Below, piece by piece: positions 42,150 to 56,122 of a stretch of DNA of 64,000 nt. Each line of letters starts with the position of its first letter. The first letter of the stretch is position 1. Both the position numbers and the translations under genes were made by a program. This DNA is from Raillietiella orientalis (lineage: Eukaryota). The notes under the pieces were generated by a model. It was not told the origin of the DNA, searched no databases, and saw only the letters and a list, made by a program, of their open reading frames with translations. The stretch lies in contig JAYWIR010000089.1 of assembly GCA_036172245.1 (NCBI GenBank), positions 62,001 to 126,000 on the forward strand, given 5' to 3'.

Positions 42150-44180
42150 TACGCGAACGAAGAGAAATTTCAGAACGTCTCTGGAGGCAAAGCCGGGGGT
42201 TCCTAGATTTGCGTGGGTGTCCAAAAGTGACTGGGGGCGCTACTGCACGTCTTCCTCCGGGATATGCAGTGGCTTGCTCGCGTTAGCGCAGCTTCAATAT
42301 CCATCAGCGCTTCCATGACAGTTATCGCGTTTGACGCGATGGCTATCTTGGAAGACACGTTCAACGGAACGCGTTTGACTCCCTCTTATATCAACAAAAA
42401 TGCAACTGAAAACACGAAAAGCAGTTTCTGTGAAGGTGTCCACTAGACCTCTACTGCCTAATTATATGGAAATTTTGGAAGGAGAAATGCAAGTGATGTC
42501 GAAGCCATCAGAACTTCATTGACTTCGCGGATGCCTTCGTAACCGTTTCTTACGAGATGATCCTGGGAACACGGAACAATTCAGTGTAGGCAGCAAATCC
42601 ATCATCATTACAGAGAACATCTGCACTGAAAGCTTAACTCCTATGCAACTAAAAACGAAAGAAACAACGAGGACGTTCAGCTTGCGTCGAGAAGCGATAC
42701 AAGGCTGCCCACTGTGCTCATTCCTCTTAGTCATGGAAACCGAGCCCATCCTCCGCTCAGCGAGAAAGAATTGCACGGAAGATGTAATCATGGCATACGC
42801 CGGCGACGCCTTCGCCTTACCCAGAGATGTGGAAGGGTTTGAAGCTACAGTAGCCCACTTTCAAAAGACAGTAGATAAGGCGAGCCTATCCATCAACCCG
42901 GCGGTCCGCTACCTGAGGATTGCGACCAGATGGCCCCACCTGGGAACCATACGGACGGACCTCGAGGGCATCCTGCAAAGGATGGACCCTCCTCCCAGTG
43001 GTCAGTGATCCCTCCCCAACCCTCCTAAATCTTTTTGTTTTTTATGTTTTATTTTCCTTTTTGTTTTTCCCCCCATCCCCTAACGCTGCCGAGCAGAGTC
43101 GCACCGGTCTGCGTACCGGCAACCCGGCAGGTCATGTTGAGTTGGCCGTAGTGGGGCCTCGTACCACGAATTACAGAGAATTTGTAATAAACGCCCCGGC
43201 GTGACCGGGTGGCAACAAGCAACCCGGCGGAGTACGTACAGCGGGAGAGCTCCGCAAGGATCAAGGGAAATTGAAATGGAGGTGGAAAACGGGAGACTCA
43301 TCCGTACTGCTTTGTAAGAGGCGCAAAAATGCCTGCGAGAACTGCTCACATGGAAGTGTTGCACTCATGTCCTCCGAAGGAAGAAATCGGTCTCTCCCGT
43401 CCCGTGCAGCCAGTAAACACCTGTTCGGAAAGAGAAAGGAAGGCTGCCTAGGACTTGTGGGGCTGGCCGGTGAATCAGGCAAGTTAATCATGGACTGTAA
43501 GTTCAACTTACACCCCTCTCCGGAAAATGCGGTCAAGAAATTGGTCCAAGAGACGCTTGAAGAGGTGGTCCGGAAGAGAATCTTCGAACCGCAATCAGAT
43601 GAGGATCTCGGAGACTGTACGACGGGCGCTCCCTCTGGAAAATTCTCGAAACGTAGCAAGGACATTAAGAGTTTGTGGGAGAAAAGTAAGAAAGGGCTCG
43701 TGGAAAACGGGAACCAGCTGGAAATTTCCTGATGGAGAGTGTAACACAATGATTGACGGGGTCACCTTTAGCTGCAGCATGAAGAGAAAGTTTACCTTCG
43801 GCGTGAGAGCGTCGCAGAGAGAGTTCGCGTGGCAATCCCTCGTACAAGAGCACCTCAGTCAAGGGAGAGCCATGCAGAGTGTGGGTGTGCACCGTGGTTC
43901 AAGCTCGCTCCTCGCGGACAGAGAATGCCTGAGATTTCCGGATTTGGAATTCATCCACGCTGCTCGACTGGACGTTCTTCCAATCAGTACAGGGACCAGG
44001 ATGAAACCAGAGGATGGCGCATGTCGGCGCTGCCTGGTTCACGACCATACGCTGCCTCATGTCCTGAATCCTGCATGACGCACTGTCGCCTGTTCACTGC
44101 GCAGCACGATGCGATCCTGGAAATGAATAAGGAGACCGCTGTGGATGCAGAGAAGTACACCCCCTTATCAATTAATTAGA
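42150..44180 (+). mobile_element. Degenerate NeSL/Utopia-type (RLE) non-LTR retrotransposon remnant
   Basis: RT motifs FIDFADAFVTV (about 42515), RREAIQGCPLC, MAYAGD, SLSINP; thumb-region SLPSRAASKHLFGKRKEGCLGL...EDLGD...SLW; QGRAM; FIHAARLDVLP...CRRC..HTLPHVLN..C..QHDAI (CCHC preceding RLE). Multiple frameshifts. Confidence 0.8.
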
Positions 44181-47100
44181 TAGATTGACTCCTTGTGATT
44201 CGATCCGATACTACAGGACTGTTATCTTATGAAGGTCCTAGACGTTTCTTGCCAGTTCAAAAGCGGAAGAGAGACATTCGGCACATCCAAGAGAAAGAAG
44301 GTTGACAAATACGTAGAAGTGGCTTCCTGTTGAAGAAGAGTAGGGATCATCGTTAAGCTCGTGCTTTTTTCGTCGGTGGACCAGAAGCCTGGGATTTATA
44401 AAACGAAGGAGGGCTGCACCCTCTTGGAGTCCCAACGGTGCATCTCAGAGAGGCTGATTGCACCTCTTTGAGTCAGGACGTTTGTTTTGAGACAAGAATA
44501 AAATGAACTACATAGAGAAGAGAAATGTACTTCCTTAGAAATGCGAAACGCCAGAAGGAATAGGGAACGGAAACAATAAGTAAATAACAAAAGACGAAAG
44601 GGTGAGGACAGGAGTCTTTGGCATTCAAGAATCCTTAAATAACAAAAGCAATTGTGGTTTTAGGAGATTCAGCTGCGACATCTTCTGGAAGATAAAGAGA
44701 AGATGCAGAATATTAATTTGTTTATCCCGAAATGACTTCTGCTTTTACATAAATTCTGTATATTTAAAACCGATACAAGAAGACTACTTTTTTAAAATTT
44801 CCATCAAGAGAATGAACCATACACGAAGAGCACCTTTGGAAGTGTTTTCATATATTTTCATTAGGAAACAGCAGTTGGAATACGACAACAGAAAGAGTTT
44901 TTTTGGCCTTAGGTCATTATATTACCGAACATCCCTTTCGCCTCCCATGTTCTTTAGAGTTTGGATCACCATGTACTCCATGTGAGAGAGACGTTCTACC
45001 AGGGAACCCCGGAATTTGTTTCGGATCACACCTCATCCAGGTGGAAACCTCAAAAGAAGAAGAGCCTCCAGAGCTGGACCACCTTCCAGAACACCAACTC
45101 TGCGACTTTAAATGCTCGACATCGTGAACTTTCATGTAAATGCGTGCTACTAAGAATTCCAGCAAGAGACCTCCAGTGACCCTGTGCACATGAATTCCTA
45201 CATTTTGCCTTTAACGTGACAGGAGTCGGCACTGATGCTACTGCACTGAGAAAACACCTTGAAACACCCCACGGGATCATTGGACACAAGTGTGCTTGCA
45301 AGTTGAGGAGAGTAGGTATGTCTCCTTCACCTTGTAGAGGACCGTGCTGCCCAATTGCCGCTTTCGATGTGCTTTACCAGGTGAAGCTCCTTGGAATCTA
45401 CTGCAGCAACTCTAACACCGTTTTGCAGCTCGTTTCCCTGTGAGGTCCGTTTGTGCCGACCGCATCCTTAGCAGCAATTTGCTGCTTCCCTGTCCGGACC
45501 GTGACCATCTGCAGCAAAGTTAGGGAAATTTAGAACGAAATAGGCGCCATCGATTCTGCTGTTTTCTTCATGACGGCACCGTCAAAATGGCCCAATCTGG
45601 GAGTCCTGAAAAGGAGACTTAGCGCGTTTAACGGGTTGCAGAGGATACTCTGCACCACAAGGCGATCCCTTGCCCATTTTCCCGTTTTTTGGCATGTATG
45701 CATTTCTTCCTTTGTCTCCCTTTCATCTCTGCATCCGCAGCGAAGTTTGCATGCCTATTGCTAGCTTGCTTAAGGTTCCTACACGCAGTTGCAAGTCACG
45801 TAGCAGGATCGAAAGTCAAAACACAAACACGAAACTTCTTAAACATACTTCCCGGATTGACCTGATGTCAATCCATACATCTGCTTTGAATCAAGAACAA
45901 ATACTCACAAAATATATGCTTTATTTTATATCATGGAGACGCGAGAGGACATTCGACTGCTATTTTGGTTTCCCTGCGTCGGTTAAACTGAAGTACGCTA
46001 ATACTACCATGCACGAGCTCTGTCCATCAAGAGAGCATTTCATACGAAAAGGCGTGGTTTCTGGGCGTTGTTTTTCATGTGGTAAGGTCCTGGAAAAGAA
46101 GATGAGTGGCATGCAATGCGTCTGTCGAATCCGACGTTTGCATTGGTTCACAGTCGTGCTGTCGATTTTTGTATTGCATTTGTTGATAACATGCAGAGTT
46201 TGCCTTCGACATACGACGGGGTTTCGTTTCAACGTCTCCGTCGTACGTCGGTTCTGACGTAAGCAAAACTTCTTTGTTTCTGAACGATTTGTTAAAATTA
46301 TGTTTTTAAATTTTGAGCAGAGGTATTGAATTGACTTGAAGGGGTTTCCAAATGTATGAACTCTCCTGAGTCTTCATAAATACTTTAATATTGAACATGT
46401 AAAAACATGGATACGTAAAAAGTTAAGAAAGATGAATTTCAGAAAAATTACAACCACACTCATCAAAATTCGGCTAAGCGGGCACTGATTGAGCGTCGAT
46501 TAGTAATTTAGCCTTCTTCGTTCTCTACTAAGCCTTTTATGTCGGTAACGCTGATTTCTAGAAGCAATCTTTATGTAAGCTACCTGATCCCTGATCCGAT
46601 CCTCAATCTGTTGTCTGTGCTATTCGAATGCCTCAAATGGGAGTAATTTCTTTCAAATTCTGCGAATGCACTGTCCCAAAAATTCTTTTAATGAAGTGCC
46701 ACTGTTCTGCAAATTACCTACAAGTAAAAGGTTTCGCCTTTGCAATGCTTTTGGCCCCTTCGTGAGAACCAGGGAATGTTGGCAACAGCATTTCTGTCCT
46801 GCCGTGCTGATTACCGCAGACAAAAGAGATCGCAGCTTGCTGGCCGAATTGCTTCTTGCAATCGTCATAAAACAGCGGCGCATGACCTACACGAACGCAT
46901 GTCCTCCCCACCCTCAAATAGCGGGCACAGACGACCATCACGCACGAAGCACCCCTGCTTCTTCCATTCTAAAATAAGAGAGTCTTACTCGTGACGTCCT
47001 TCAATTCGGCACAAACAGCTGCCTTCTTGTCCAAAAACTACAACCTCCGTCTTACGAGGGACGCCGTTCACAGTCTGAAGGAAAATCATGTGAGGGATCA

Positions 47101-48082
47101 GAAGGTACAGTATGACTCTACCGTCACATCCACAGTGCAGCTTCCTGTGACAGAACGTGATCTTTCTGCTCCCCATATTTGGATGCAATTCGGACCAAAT
47201 CTTCCTTCTCTTGCAGCTCCAAAGAACATTGAGCATCCTCCCGTATGATTCGAAAATCTAAAGTCAGAAGGGGATGGTCGAACTTGTAGCCCAATTCCAG
47301 AAGCCATGGTTGTTCCGAGCAACGCAGTCCCTATCAGCAGCAGACCCTGAAACGTTTGATTGCTTGCATGTCTAGTCTTTTGCAATCTCGCGCACGATGC
47401 AAGAAATGTTAGGAACCCCGAAATTTGTCACTTTTCTGATCACACGGTCACACGTCCTACTTTTTTGAGAAGGTTAACCTTCACTTGCACACGTGCCAAC
47501 GGCCGCACTCTTTGCTCGCGCTGCACCCTCACAACACGGAGATGAGAGCGCACACGTCCGGAATCGACTCGCAATCTGGTGGTCCTTATTGCAGCCTATC
47601 TATCAGCTTGAGAGGCCATCGCAGATTTGGCTTTAGAGAGCGTGACCTCAGCAGTGGATCACATTTGACCTATTCCCTCTCTGCTCCCGCGCCGCAAAGG
47701 CCTAATATTATGGGCGTTGGACGAGAGGAACCTCTTGGAGTTCTTCATCGTGACGACACGGGGCAGAATTTATATTGTGCATGGAATGTTGTCTTTGGAG
47801 TCCACCCATCACTCATGGATTTTTGATCGCTTCCACGGCAGAAGTCACCCTGGAGCATTTGATTAGAGCAAAGGGAACGAGTTCCCACAGAAACAAGCTC
47901 GGTGTCAGGGCACGCCTCCGGTTTAAAATGCCATTCACGCAAACAGTTTGGGGAGCCGGTTTAGGCGGATTCAGGGTTTGCTTTCAGCCTCTTATGTGAG
48001 CGCTCACACGATCCTCGCATTTCTGTTGCAACTGATTCGAACGGTCGCGATCGCAAACGAACAAACCAGGAAAATTCTCACC

Positions 48083-48152
48083 ATGCGCGTCTTCAGGAGC
48101 ATCACTGCGCTGGGGTTCCTGTCCATCCTTGCCACGGTGTTCAATGCGTCAG
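48083..48152 (+). CDS. Possible signal-peptide first exon of a small secreted protein (MRVFRSITALGFLSILATVFNAS)
   Basis: CACCATG context, basic-hydrophobic-small residue pattern, phase-1 donor G|gtaaac; downstream exons ambiguous. Confidence 0.35.
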
Positions 48153-51100
48153 GTAAACTCTGGGAAGAAAGGATGTCGTCAACTGAGATACGGTGAGCAA
48201 TCTTTGGTTTTATGGTTGCTTATGGCTGTGCAAGCAGATCGGACACCGTTGCTGGCTTCGCAAAGTGCTCCAGCCACTTGGATGCCCGGTCGCTGCTCTG
48301 CGTCACTTTTGCAGATGAGATCCATCTCCGCAGAAGTGTTTGTTCGGCGTTGCAGCAATTTCACAAACATGCCTCCCGTTGAGGAGAGATATTTTTTCCT
48401 CTATAGCTGGCGTGTGCTCGTGCCTTGGTGGACCGCCGCGCCACTTTGCACGTAGCGTCCAAAAGAGGAAAAGAACTCGTCGACTGAGACGACTCTTTCT
48501 AGAAACAAGGGAGAGATTCGCGAGTAACCAATACATCGAAAGAGAGAAAACGGAAGAGATCGGATTAGAAGTTTTACGTGCAAAAAAGCACCTCTAGAAC
48601 TGGATGCTAAACAAAAAACAAGGATTCAGAGATTCAGTCATCAAGAGATTCGGAAATTTTTCAATTGGACTGCAAAGCGTTTTGAAATCTGGCTCCTTGT
48701 GGAAAAGAATGGCCACATCGAGGTCGCCCTTCACAAGAAGTGAGTCGTCGGAATCAGATTTCCACATATGTAAAGTTTGCCTGTGTATTTTACAGACGGC
48801 GAACGGTGTGCCAAGGAGCGACTTCGTTGTCTCTCAGAAGCTGAAAATTACTCTTTTGAGACCACATGGACTCGCTGCTTCCAGTCAAGTGGTCATGTCT
48901 TTTGATCTTGAGCCTTGCTTGTATGAAGATGGGACTTTCGAGTCACGTTGGGTGAACTGCTAAATCCTCGTGGCCGATTCATCAGGCCATGTTATGGCTT
49001 GGCTCTTTTATTCAAGTCTCACAGGAGCACCCATTCTGCAGCAGGAGCATCAGAAGGTTTGCCGCAGAAGAACGGCGAACAGAGGGCGTTTCTTCCTCCA
49101 TAAGTCTGTGCTTCATGCAGAGTTTTTCAGGCAGAAACCGATGGAGGTGACTGTTAGGAAAACAAGTCATCAGACGTTCGTATTGAAAAACAAAATGAGG
49201 TTGATTTCTGCTGCGGTCAGCATGTGACGTGATTTCTGGCTTCCCTTTGCAAGAAAATGGAGGCAATTGAAGTTTGCACCCGTGAAACAGTGTGAAGATG
49301 GCAGACGAACCTTTCATTTCGAAATCGGACAGGCCAAACCAACAACCGACTGGAGTGCTTCTGGAGGTGCTACCGCAGAGGAGCCCCAAGGGGACAGAAG
49401 GATATAACGATAGGGGTGAGGGGCGTGAGAGTTCCTTTGAGAGGAGTAAAAACGCATGGAAGAACTGTCGGAAATCGAGGGGTTCAACTCATGTCTAGCA
49501 GATAGAGGTCTGCCAGAAGAAAACTGCCGTACAGATTGTAGACTCACTGGATGGCATATATTGGATGCACATTCACAAGCCTGGACAAGTGGCACAGGCC
49601 GGGAATCCATCAAAAGAAGTACTGAAGGAGCACTAAAGAAGGACCTAGATGTAAAATTAGCAAAGCTTTCCTTCTATCGCTGCTTACAGTCAGTGAATAT
49701 CTTTTCGCAAAGATAAGGAAAGGCTACCAAGAACTGATGAAACTGCCCAATGCATGAGGAACGTTCATCTTGCACAGCTGCCTCAATTAGCAGACCCTTT
49801 CGGTCAATTCCGTCAAATAATTATCCCAATAGACGTTCAAAAGGGTGGTCCACAAGAAAATCTACCAAGATGTCTCTGATGCGTATCGGAGTGAATTTAC
49901 AAGTAGCGTTTATTTTATAAAGATTTCGCATCTTAGCATTTATCACTGCGCAACATCGAAAGTCTACAAAAAAAAATTAGAGCTCAGCTTCAGAAAAAAC
50001 AGAAAAGTGTCTGAAATCTTTTGAAAGGGAGCGTAGGATAAAAACGGAATTCGCTCGTCTCGTTTCTCAAGGGGACCGGACGTCTCCAACCTGGCAGAAT
50101 ACAAAGCCGAGACTGAAAAGAGGGCATGGCAAATGGGATTAGTCAGTTTGCATGAAGAGCAGTCTCAACAGCATTCGTATTCGGTTCAGTGAGGCACTCG
50201 GATTTGCTGGATAATTCTTAAATTTATAGAAATAACATTTTCCAATAAACACGAAAACATTTTTCCAGTGTGCTAGATTGCATTTTGGGATCGGCTCGTA
50301 AAGGAGATTAGTTGCACGACGCGCAGAGCACTCGCTAATACCCATTGTGCACTCCGCAGAGATTCACTCCAACGGAGAAGAAGAACGAAGAACCAAACAA
50401 AAGTGAAAAAACAAAAAAGATGCGCTGCGGTCCAAGTGATGCATCGTCCAAGTGAATCACTCATGAAGAGGGTTTGGCAAATGCCTTTAGGTTTGAGAAC
50501 TTGAGAGAATTTGAGAATCAGGAAGAGTCGTTCCGGGGTGAAGGGAAGTCGAAGCAGTGTTTTAGTGAATTGAGAAAGCCTTCCGTTTCACCGCAGTGTA
50601 CGCAACGGGCATCCGCACTCCATATTGTCCAAAGCGGGAGGCGTGCCCTGCATAGGATTACTAAATAAAGGAACAGCAACACCGTCTGTCCTCACTTCAT
50701 GGGAAGTGGTCCATTGTTCCAACACGCTGGTAAGCACTTCGTCTCCAGGGGTTTATTCAAAGCAGCTCGCTCGTACAAAGAAGCCGTGAAGGCGGGAAAC
50801 TCTTGGTAGCAGCGTCCACTAGCTTCGGAGTTGTACACGCCTTCATTAGTTTCTTCTGGCCTACGATGAGGAAGGTAATTTCCCAAGCTGGTCATTTGCT
50901 GCTTTCATTAGGCTTCCTCAGAGAGGGCAGCATTGAGACAATGAGTTCCACAGCCCACAGCAACTTGCGTCGGTTGTTCACGATCTCTTCTAGGGGGTGT
51001 CGAGCGTATGTCTCTCGTCGGAGGTAGGCGAACTCCACCTCTCGAGCCGTTGATGTCAACTCATGAAGAAACTGAATGCTGAAGCCAGCAAATGTTTTTC

Positions 51101-51719
51101 GAGGAGAGCCAGAAGATCCACGAATTGTTCTCCAGCAAGCCAACCATCTTCGCAGCTGATGGCCTCAGTGGCTCAGACGGTCTTCTTGCGCCAAAAGGAT
51201 CGGAGACAATCCTTCGCAGCTGATCGTTCGAATGGCGAGGAGATGTGCGTTGTGGCAACAGGGCGTTGCCCAGAATTTCGCCTCAAGTGCCAACTTTCGA
51301 AATTAGAGGTGCCGTTTTCTGCGCCTCAGCGTGTTAGGTCCGCTCCTCCTTCGCTGCCCAGGGTACACTACTCGTTCAAACAAACACGGGATCTTCTTAC
51401 ATTGAACTGCTTTCCTCTGCAGGCCCTTTATCCTTTATTCCATGTTTGGTAGGGCAGGCAAACAAAAATCAAAAGGCGGAAAACTTGTGAGGGCGAAGAA
51501 CCTTCACATTGCTGCCAGTATTTGAAAGGAGAGAGTGCATTTCCGGAAAGTGCATTGCAAATTCAAAGAACTTAACCTTAACTCTCCAATCTCATTTTTT
51601 TGACTCTTTGTCGCTCTACCGTTGCAGAATCTCCCGTTTTCTTGTCCTACGTGCCTGTGGATCCACCCTATTTCTTTTCCTTGTCTTTGTTAGGGTTTTT
51701 GATATCAACTATTTTGATT

Positions 51720-52442
51720 GCTGGAGGTCCCATGGTTGATGGTTGATGAACATCAAAGTTCGCCTAGTGACAAGTGCTCCCGACCACGTCCAAAAGCTAG
51801 TCAACGGGGTACACGGGGCGAAGCATACGCGGGACCTGTGCTTCGAAACGGCCAAAGAATAAGGTCGCTTCAAGCCCTAGGCGCGAGATTTGTGCCAAGA
51901 GTTCCTCTTGGACCGACTACATGATGAGATTGAATACGGCGTCCGTAATGAGCTGAGCTACCTGTGCGTCCGCAGTTACACCATGATCCATGAAGACGCG
52001 AAGCATGCAGCATGCAGAGAGGGAACCGCTTGGCAAACCTGGAAATACGCGTTGACCAGCTTGCTGGACCATCAGAGCCGAGAGCACTAGGCTGCCTCTC
52101 AGGTAAGCAGCATCGCGCAAATGTTCTGTTTCTCCTTGTTCCCGACAGAGCGTTTCTCGAACGAAACAGCGCGACATTCATGCTACCGGCTGGCCTTCCA
52201 ACCATTGGTGAGGACCTGAGTGCAAATCTTGATGAGTCGTTGACGATGGGCGAGACCATCACTGCCAGCCGAATGCTCAAGAGACTTGAAGTTTCGGGGA
52301 AGGACGGCTTGCCGGCGGAGTTCTATCGGTGCCTCGCGGCAGAGCGGACTGCCGCTGTACAGCAAATGACGTTGCTGAATTCAGGGTATACCTTCTTCAA
52401 GAGGGTAAAAGGTGTTTGCGAAACCCTTCCGTCGTCTACTAC
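51720..52442 (+). mobile_element. Old L1/Tx1-like ORF2 remnant, 5' part (interrupted by a younger LINE)
   Basis: LPTIGEDLSANLDESLTMGE...SGKDGLPAEFY...MTLLNSGY resembles the LExPITxxE..PGPDGLPAEFY..ITLLNxDY region before L1 RT. Confidence 0.7.
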
Positions 52443-52589
52443 TTTTTTTTTTTTTTCCCAGGTCCTACAAGGGGTGGGGTAAATTTATTTTCATTTTTTT
52501 AATATCATTCACACTACAGTCACATTCATACAATACACTACTTGTTCTGCATTCACTGGAAGTCCTTGGGATTCACTGAAGTTCTGCAC

Positions 52590-55500
52590 TTAGGGTGGGT
52601 ATGCGTGTGTTTGGTCCCGGGCGTCGTCTTCAGTCCTCTTAAGGATAAGTCTGTACGTCCAGGCTGCTCGTCTTTCACAATTTCTTATGCCGATTTCCTT
52701 CTTCAGGAGTCCTTGTAGGATCTCCATCGGAGGTGCGGCTCTCCTGGCTTTCCTCATCTTCCACCACCGCACCAGAATGGCAGTGATGAAGAGGGCAATG
52801 GTCGTCCTCACCATGGGATTTTAACAGGGAACATTACCATCCCCCTGAAACATCCCGGCTAGGATCTCCATCGTGGAACTGGTGGTGCGTCCAATGATCC
52901 GTTTAAGGATTAGCCAGTCGTGGAGCAATTTGGGACACGTCAGGATGTGGAGTCTGGTATCCGTGTCTCCACATGCTGGGCAGTCTTCGTCTCCTCTTCT
53001 TCTTGTGAAGTACTTTAGTCTGGACCCGCTCAGGATTCCTCCGTGATAAAACATCAGGAGGTTGTCCTGGCTGTCCGGCGGAAGGTCACTCCTCCATAGG
53101 GTCGTGCCGATCGCCAACAGGTTGATCCTGTTGCTTCCGTAGCGATTGGCCTCTTCCTGGAGGGCACTGGTGTCTTCATCTTGATCCTTTATCATTCTTC
53201 GGAGTTTTGTTTTGGTTACCCTGGACCACGCAAAGTCATCGTGGTTTATCCACACTTCGCGGGTCCGGTGGGTGAACCTACCTAGCATCTTCTCGATATA
53301 CCGAAGTATACGAACATGATGTAGGTGGCCTCCTTTTCTCCATTCCTGGATTCGTTGCAAGGTAACTCTGTGCCGCCGGTAGATCCATCCTCGGGTATCG
53401 TCCGGGACCGGAAGCATCCAAGGGATCACGAGGATGGACTCCTGTTGCCAGAGTTCCCTGCTTCTTGGCACGATCTTGATCTTGTACTTTCGTACCAGCA
53501 GTTGTTTCCTCCTCCAGGTCGAATCGATGGTCATCCACTCCCCTACTCGGCCTAGCAGCGCAGTCATCAGACCTTTCGAGCTGTTAAGCAACATCGAGTA
53601 GGCCCTATGCGCCGCGTACGGCCAGTCGTCCCATTGTTCGGCGATATCCAGGATGTGTCGCGTGTCCATGATTGCCATGGAGTGTGCAAGCGACTTCATC
53701 CCGGTTACACCTCCTTCTTTGGGACGACATAGGGGTTTCAAACGAACTCTTATGCGATATTTGCCCCATTATGTCTTCCTTTGCAGCTTTCCCAGCTCCC
53801 TCGAGGTGTCCCTTTTCACTCTCGCAAAGGCCGCCCCGAAGAGCACCTTAGGAAGGAGGACTCCATTCCAGAGGCTGGCCTTGCGTTTCATTCCAAGGTC
53901 CTGTCGGGTGTACTTCGCTGCCTCTTTCGCCGTTTTCCCCAGGGTTTCATCCCACAAAAGCTTCGACGCAGGGCCGTCGCCAATGTAGACTTTCAGGTAT
54001 TTGGCTGTGTCCACCGTTCGGAATCCTCTCCCCGTGAGGATGGAGAGGTCCAGGATTCCGACGGGCAAAAGTTGGCTTTTCCTTGCATTGATCTTTAATC
54101 CTAGTCCTTCTTCCATGAGCGTCACCACTTCCAGGAACGCACGCTGATTTCGTTCTCCTTTGATGAAGAAGAGAAGGTCATCAGCGTACGCCAGGTGGGT
54201 GAGCCGCTGGTCGTCGATCTGGATGCCTTGGAGGCGTCCACTCTTCTCGATGTAGGAGGACAGCGCCTCCATGTAAATAACGAACAGCATAGGACTTAGC
54301 GAGTTGCCCTGGAGGACTCCTCGTTCCATCCTAATTGCTGTCGTGTCTTCGTCGTTGATCTTGATTCGGCAGTACTGGTTCTTGAGTACCAATCTCACGA
54401 AGGTGCTGAAGTATTCCGGAAGGCCCAGCTTGTCCAGAATCTTCAGCAGCATCCCATGGTCGATGGAGTCGAAAGCCTTCTCCCTGTCAGTGAACACCAG
54501 CACCAGGTCCTCGCCGATGTACCGGCTGAGTCCCACGGTGGCCTGGGCACACTTGACATTGTCCAACATGTGGCGTCCGGGCACCGCACATGTTTGGACC
54601 GGAGAGATGAGCTTCGGCATGACCTTGCCTAAGCGGTTGGACCAGATCTTCGCCAACCATTTGGCATCGGAGTTTAGGACGGAGATTGGCCTCCATTGGG
54701 CGACCTGCGTGAGGTCGCCTCCATTCGGCAACAATCTCATCCGACTCTCGTAGAAGGACTCGGGTAGTCTTCCTTCTTCACGGATGCAGAGGGTGAGCTG
54801 ATGGAACAAGCGCAGGTAGGCGTGCAGGTACCGCTGATAGTGAGTGATGGGTACACTATCAGGGCCCGCTGCCACGTCCTTCCGCAGTTGCCCAAAAGCC
54901 GTTTTCACCTCATCTTCGGAGAAATCCTCCTCCAGTTTGTCTCTCTGGAGATCGCTTGTCCTCTTCTCGAGGTAGCTCAGGAAAGTTCTCTGCATAGACT
55001 TGCACGTGTGTTGCCATCGAAAGTGTTCTTCGTAGTGCTGATAAAATGCTCCCACGATGTCTTCCGACGTGTGCCGTTTCTGGCCGCCGTACTGGATGCA
55101 GAAGATGTCTGTCGCCAGATTCTTCTTTTCCAGCATGCCTACCTCCCCTTTCACACTATTGAAGACGTACCGACTCTCGTACTGATCGTAGTACTTGGAG
55201 AGGGAGCGGTCTTGGGTGTTGAGCTCCTGGTACGCTTCTTGCCTCAGTCGCTTGCAAAAGTACTGCATGTTGCAGACCAGGTGGATCCGATGCTTCAACT
55301 TGTCCCAGTCGGCGACTCTGCGGATGGTGGTGTCGCGCAGAATCGCCTCGATCACCTCCTGGTGACAGGGAAGCATCTCAAACCAGGCGGGCATGCAGAT
55401 GAGCGCCGCCCTAGTGGCCTTTCGCCGTCGCGGATTTTCCGTGCGGAGGGAGAACCGAACCAAAGGGTGATCGGACAGCAGGTGAGGAATGTCGCAAAAA

Positions 55501-56107
55501 CCCTGGATTCGGTTGTCGATCTCCACGCTATGAAGGACGTGATCGATCGGTTTGTGGCTGGCTGTTCGCCACACGAGTCCGAAGTCGTTGGACAACCGTC
55601 GATACGCCTCTCTTCCTCTGATGTCTTGACGGTACTTGATGTGGTCTTGAATATTCAGGTCACCCGCGACGATGACCATATCCTTCGGTGCTACAGGTTG
55701 GCGGAGTGCCTCGTGGAGAGCCTCCGCGCATCGATGCTTGTTCTTGTGCGGTCCGTACACGTTCACCAGAAACAGGTGAACGTTGTCTGACCAGAACAGT
55801 CGCACGCCGATTATCCTTCCAGCGAGTGGACAGAAGGTTTCCAGAAGGGTGTGGACGAGCTCGTTCTTGATGAGGATCACCACACCCATGGTCTTCCTTT
55901 GTCCCTCGCTGACAAACAGTTGCCCGTTGAACCGGCGTTCCATCTCCTGGGCGTTTTGTTGCCCGAGACGGTGATTTCCTGTAGGCACACTACGTCTTGT
56001 CTTGCGATGGTCCGCAAGATTGTCTTCCTTTTGCCTTGATCTGTCAATCCATTGATGTTCCAGGAGGCGATGTTTAGACTCCTGGCGTTCGCTAGCGACG
56101 AGGACAT
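52590..56107 (-). pseudogene. LINE ORF2 (AP endonuclease, reverse transcriptase, C-terminal CCHC), disrupted
   Basis: IASWNINGL, CLQE, VNVYGP, AGDLN, IDHV, LSDH; GPDS, WRPISVLNSD, DREKAFD, GVLQGNSLSPMLF, LAYADD, KYL; CPACGDTDTRLHILTC. One frameshift near 55975 and in-frame TAA at 53769-53771 and 52821-52823. Confidence 0.93.
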
Positions 56108-56122
56108 GAAAGGGTTCGAAGT

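Noticed and set aside
44900..45500. LRKHLETPHGII..CAC zinc-finger-like remnants (RLE element N-terminus)
   Set aside because: Too degraded, and located downstream of the RT remnant rather than upstream.
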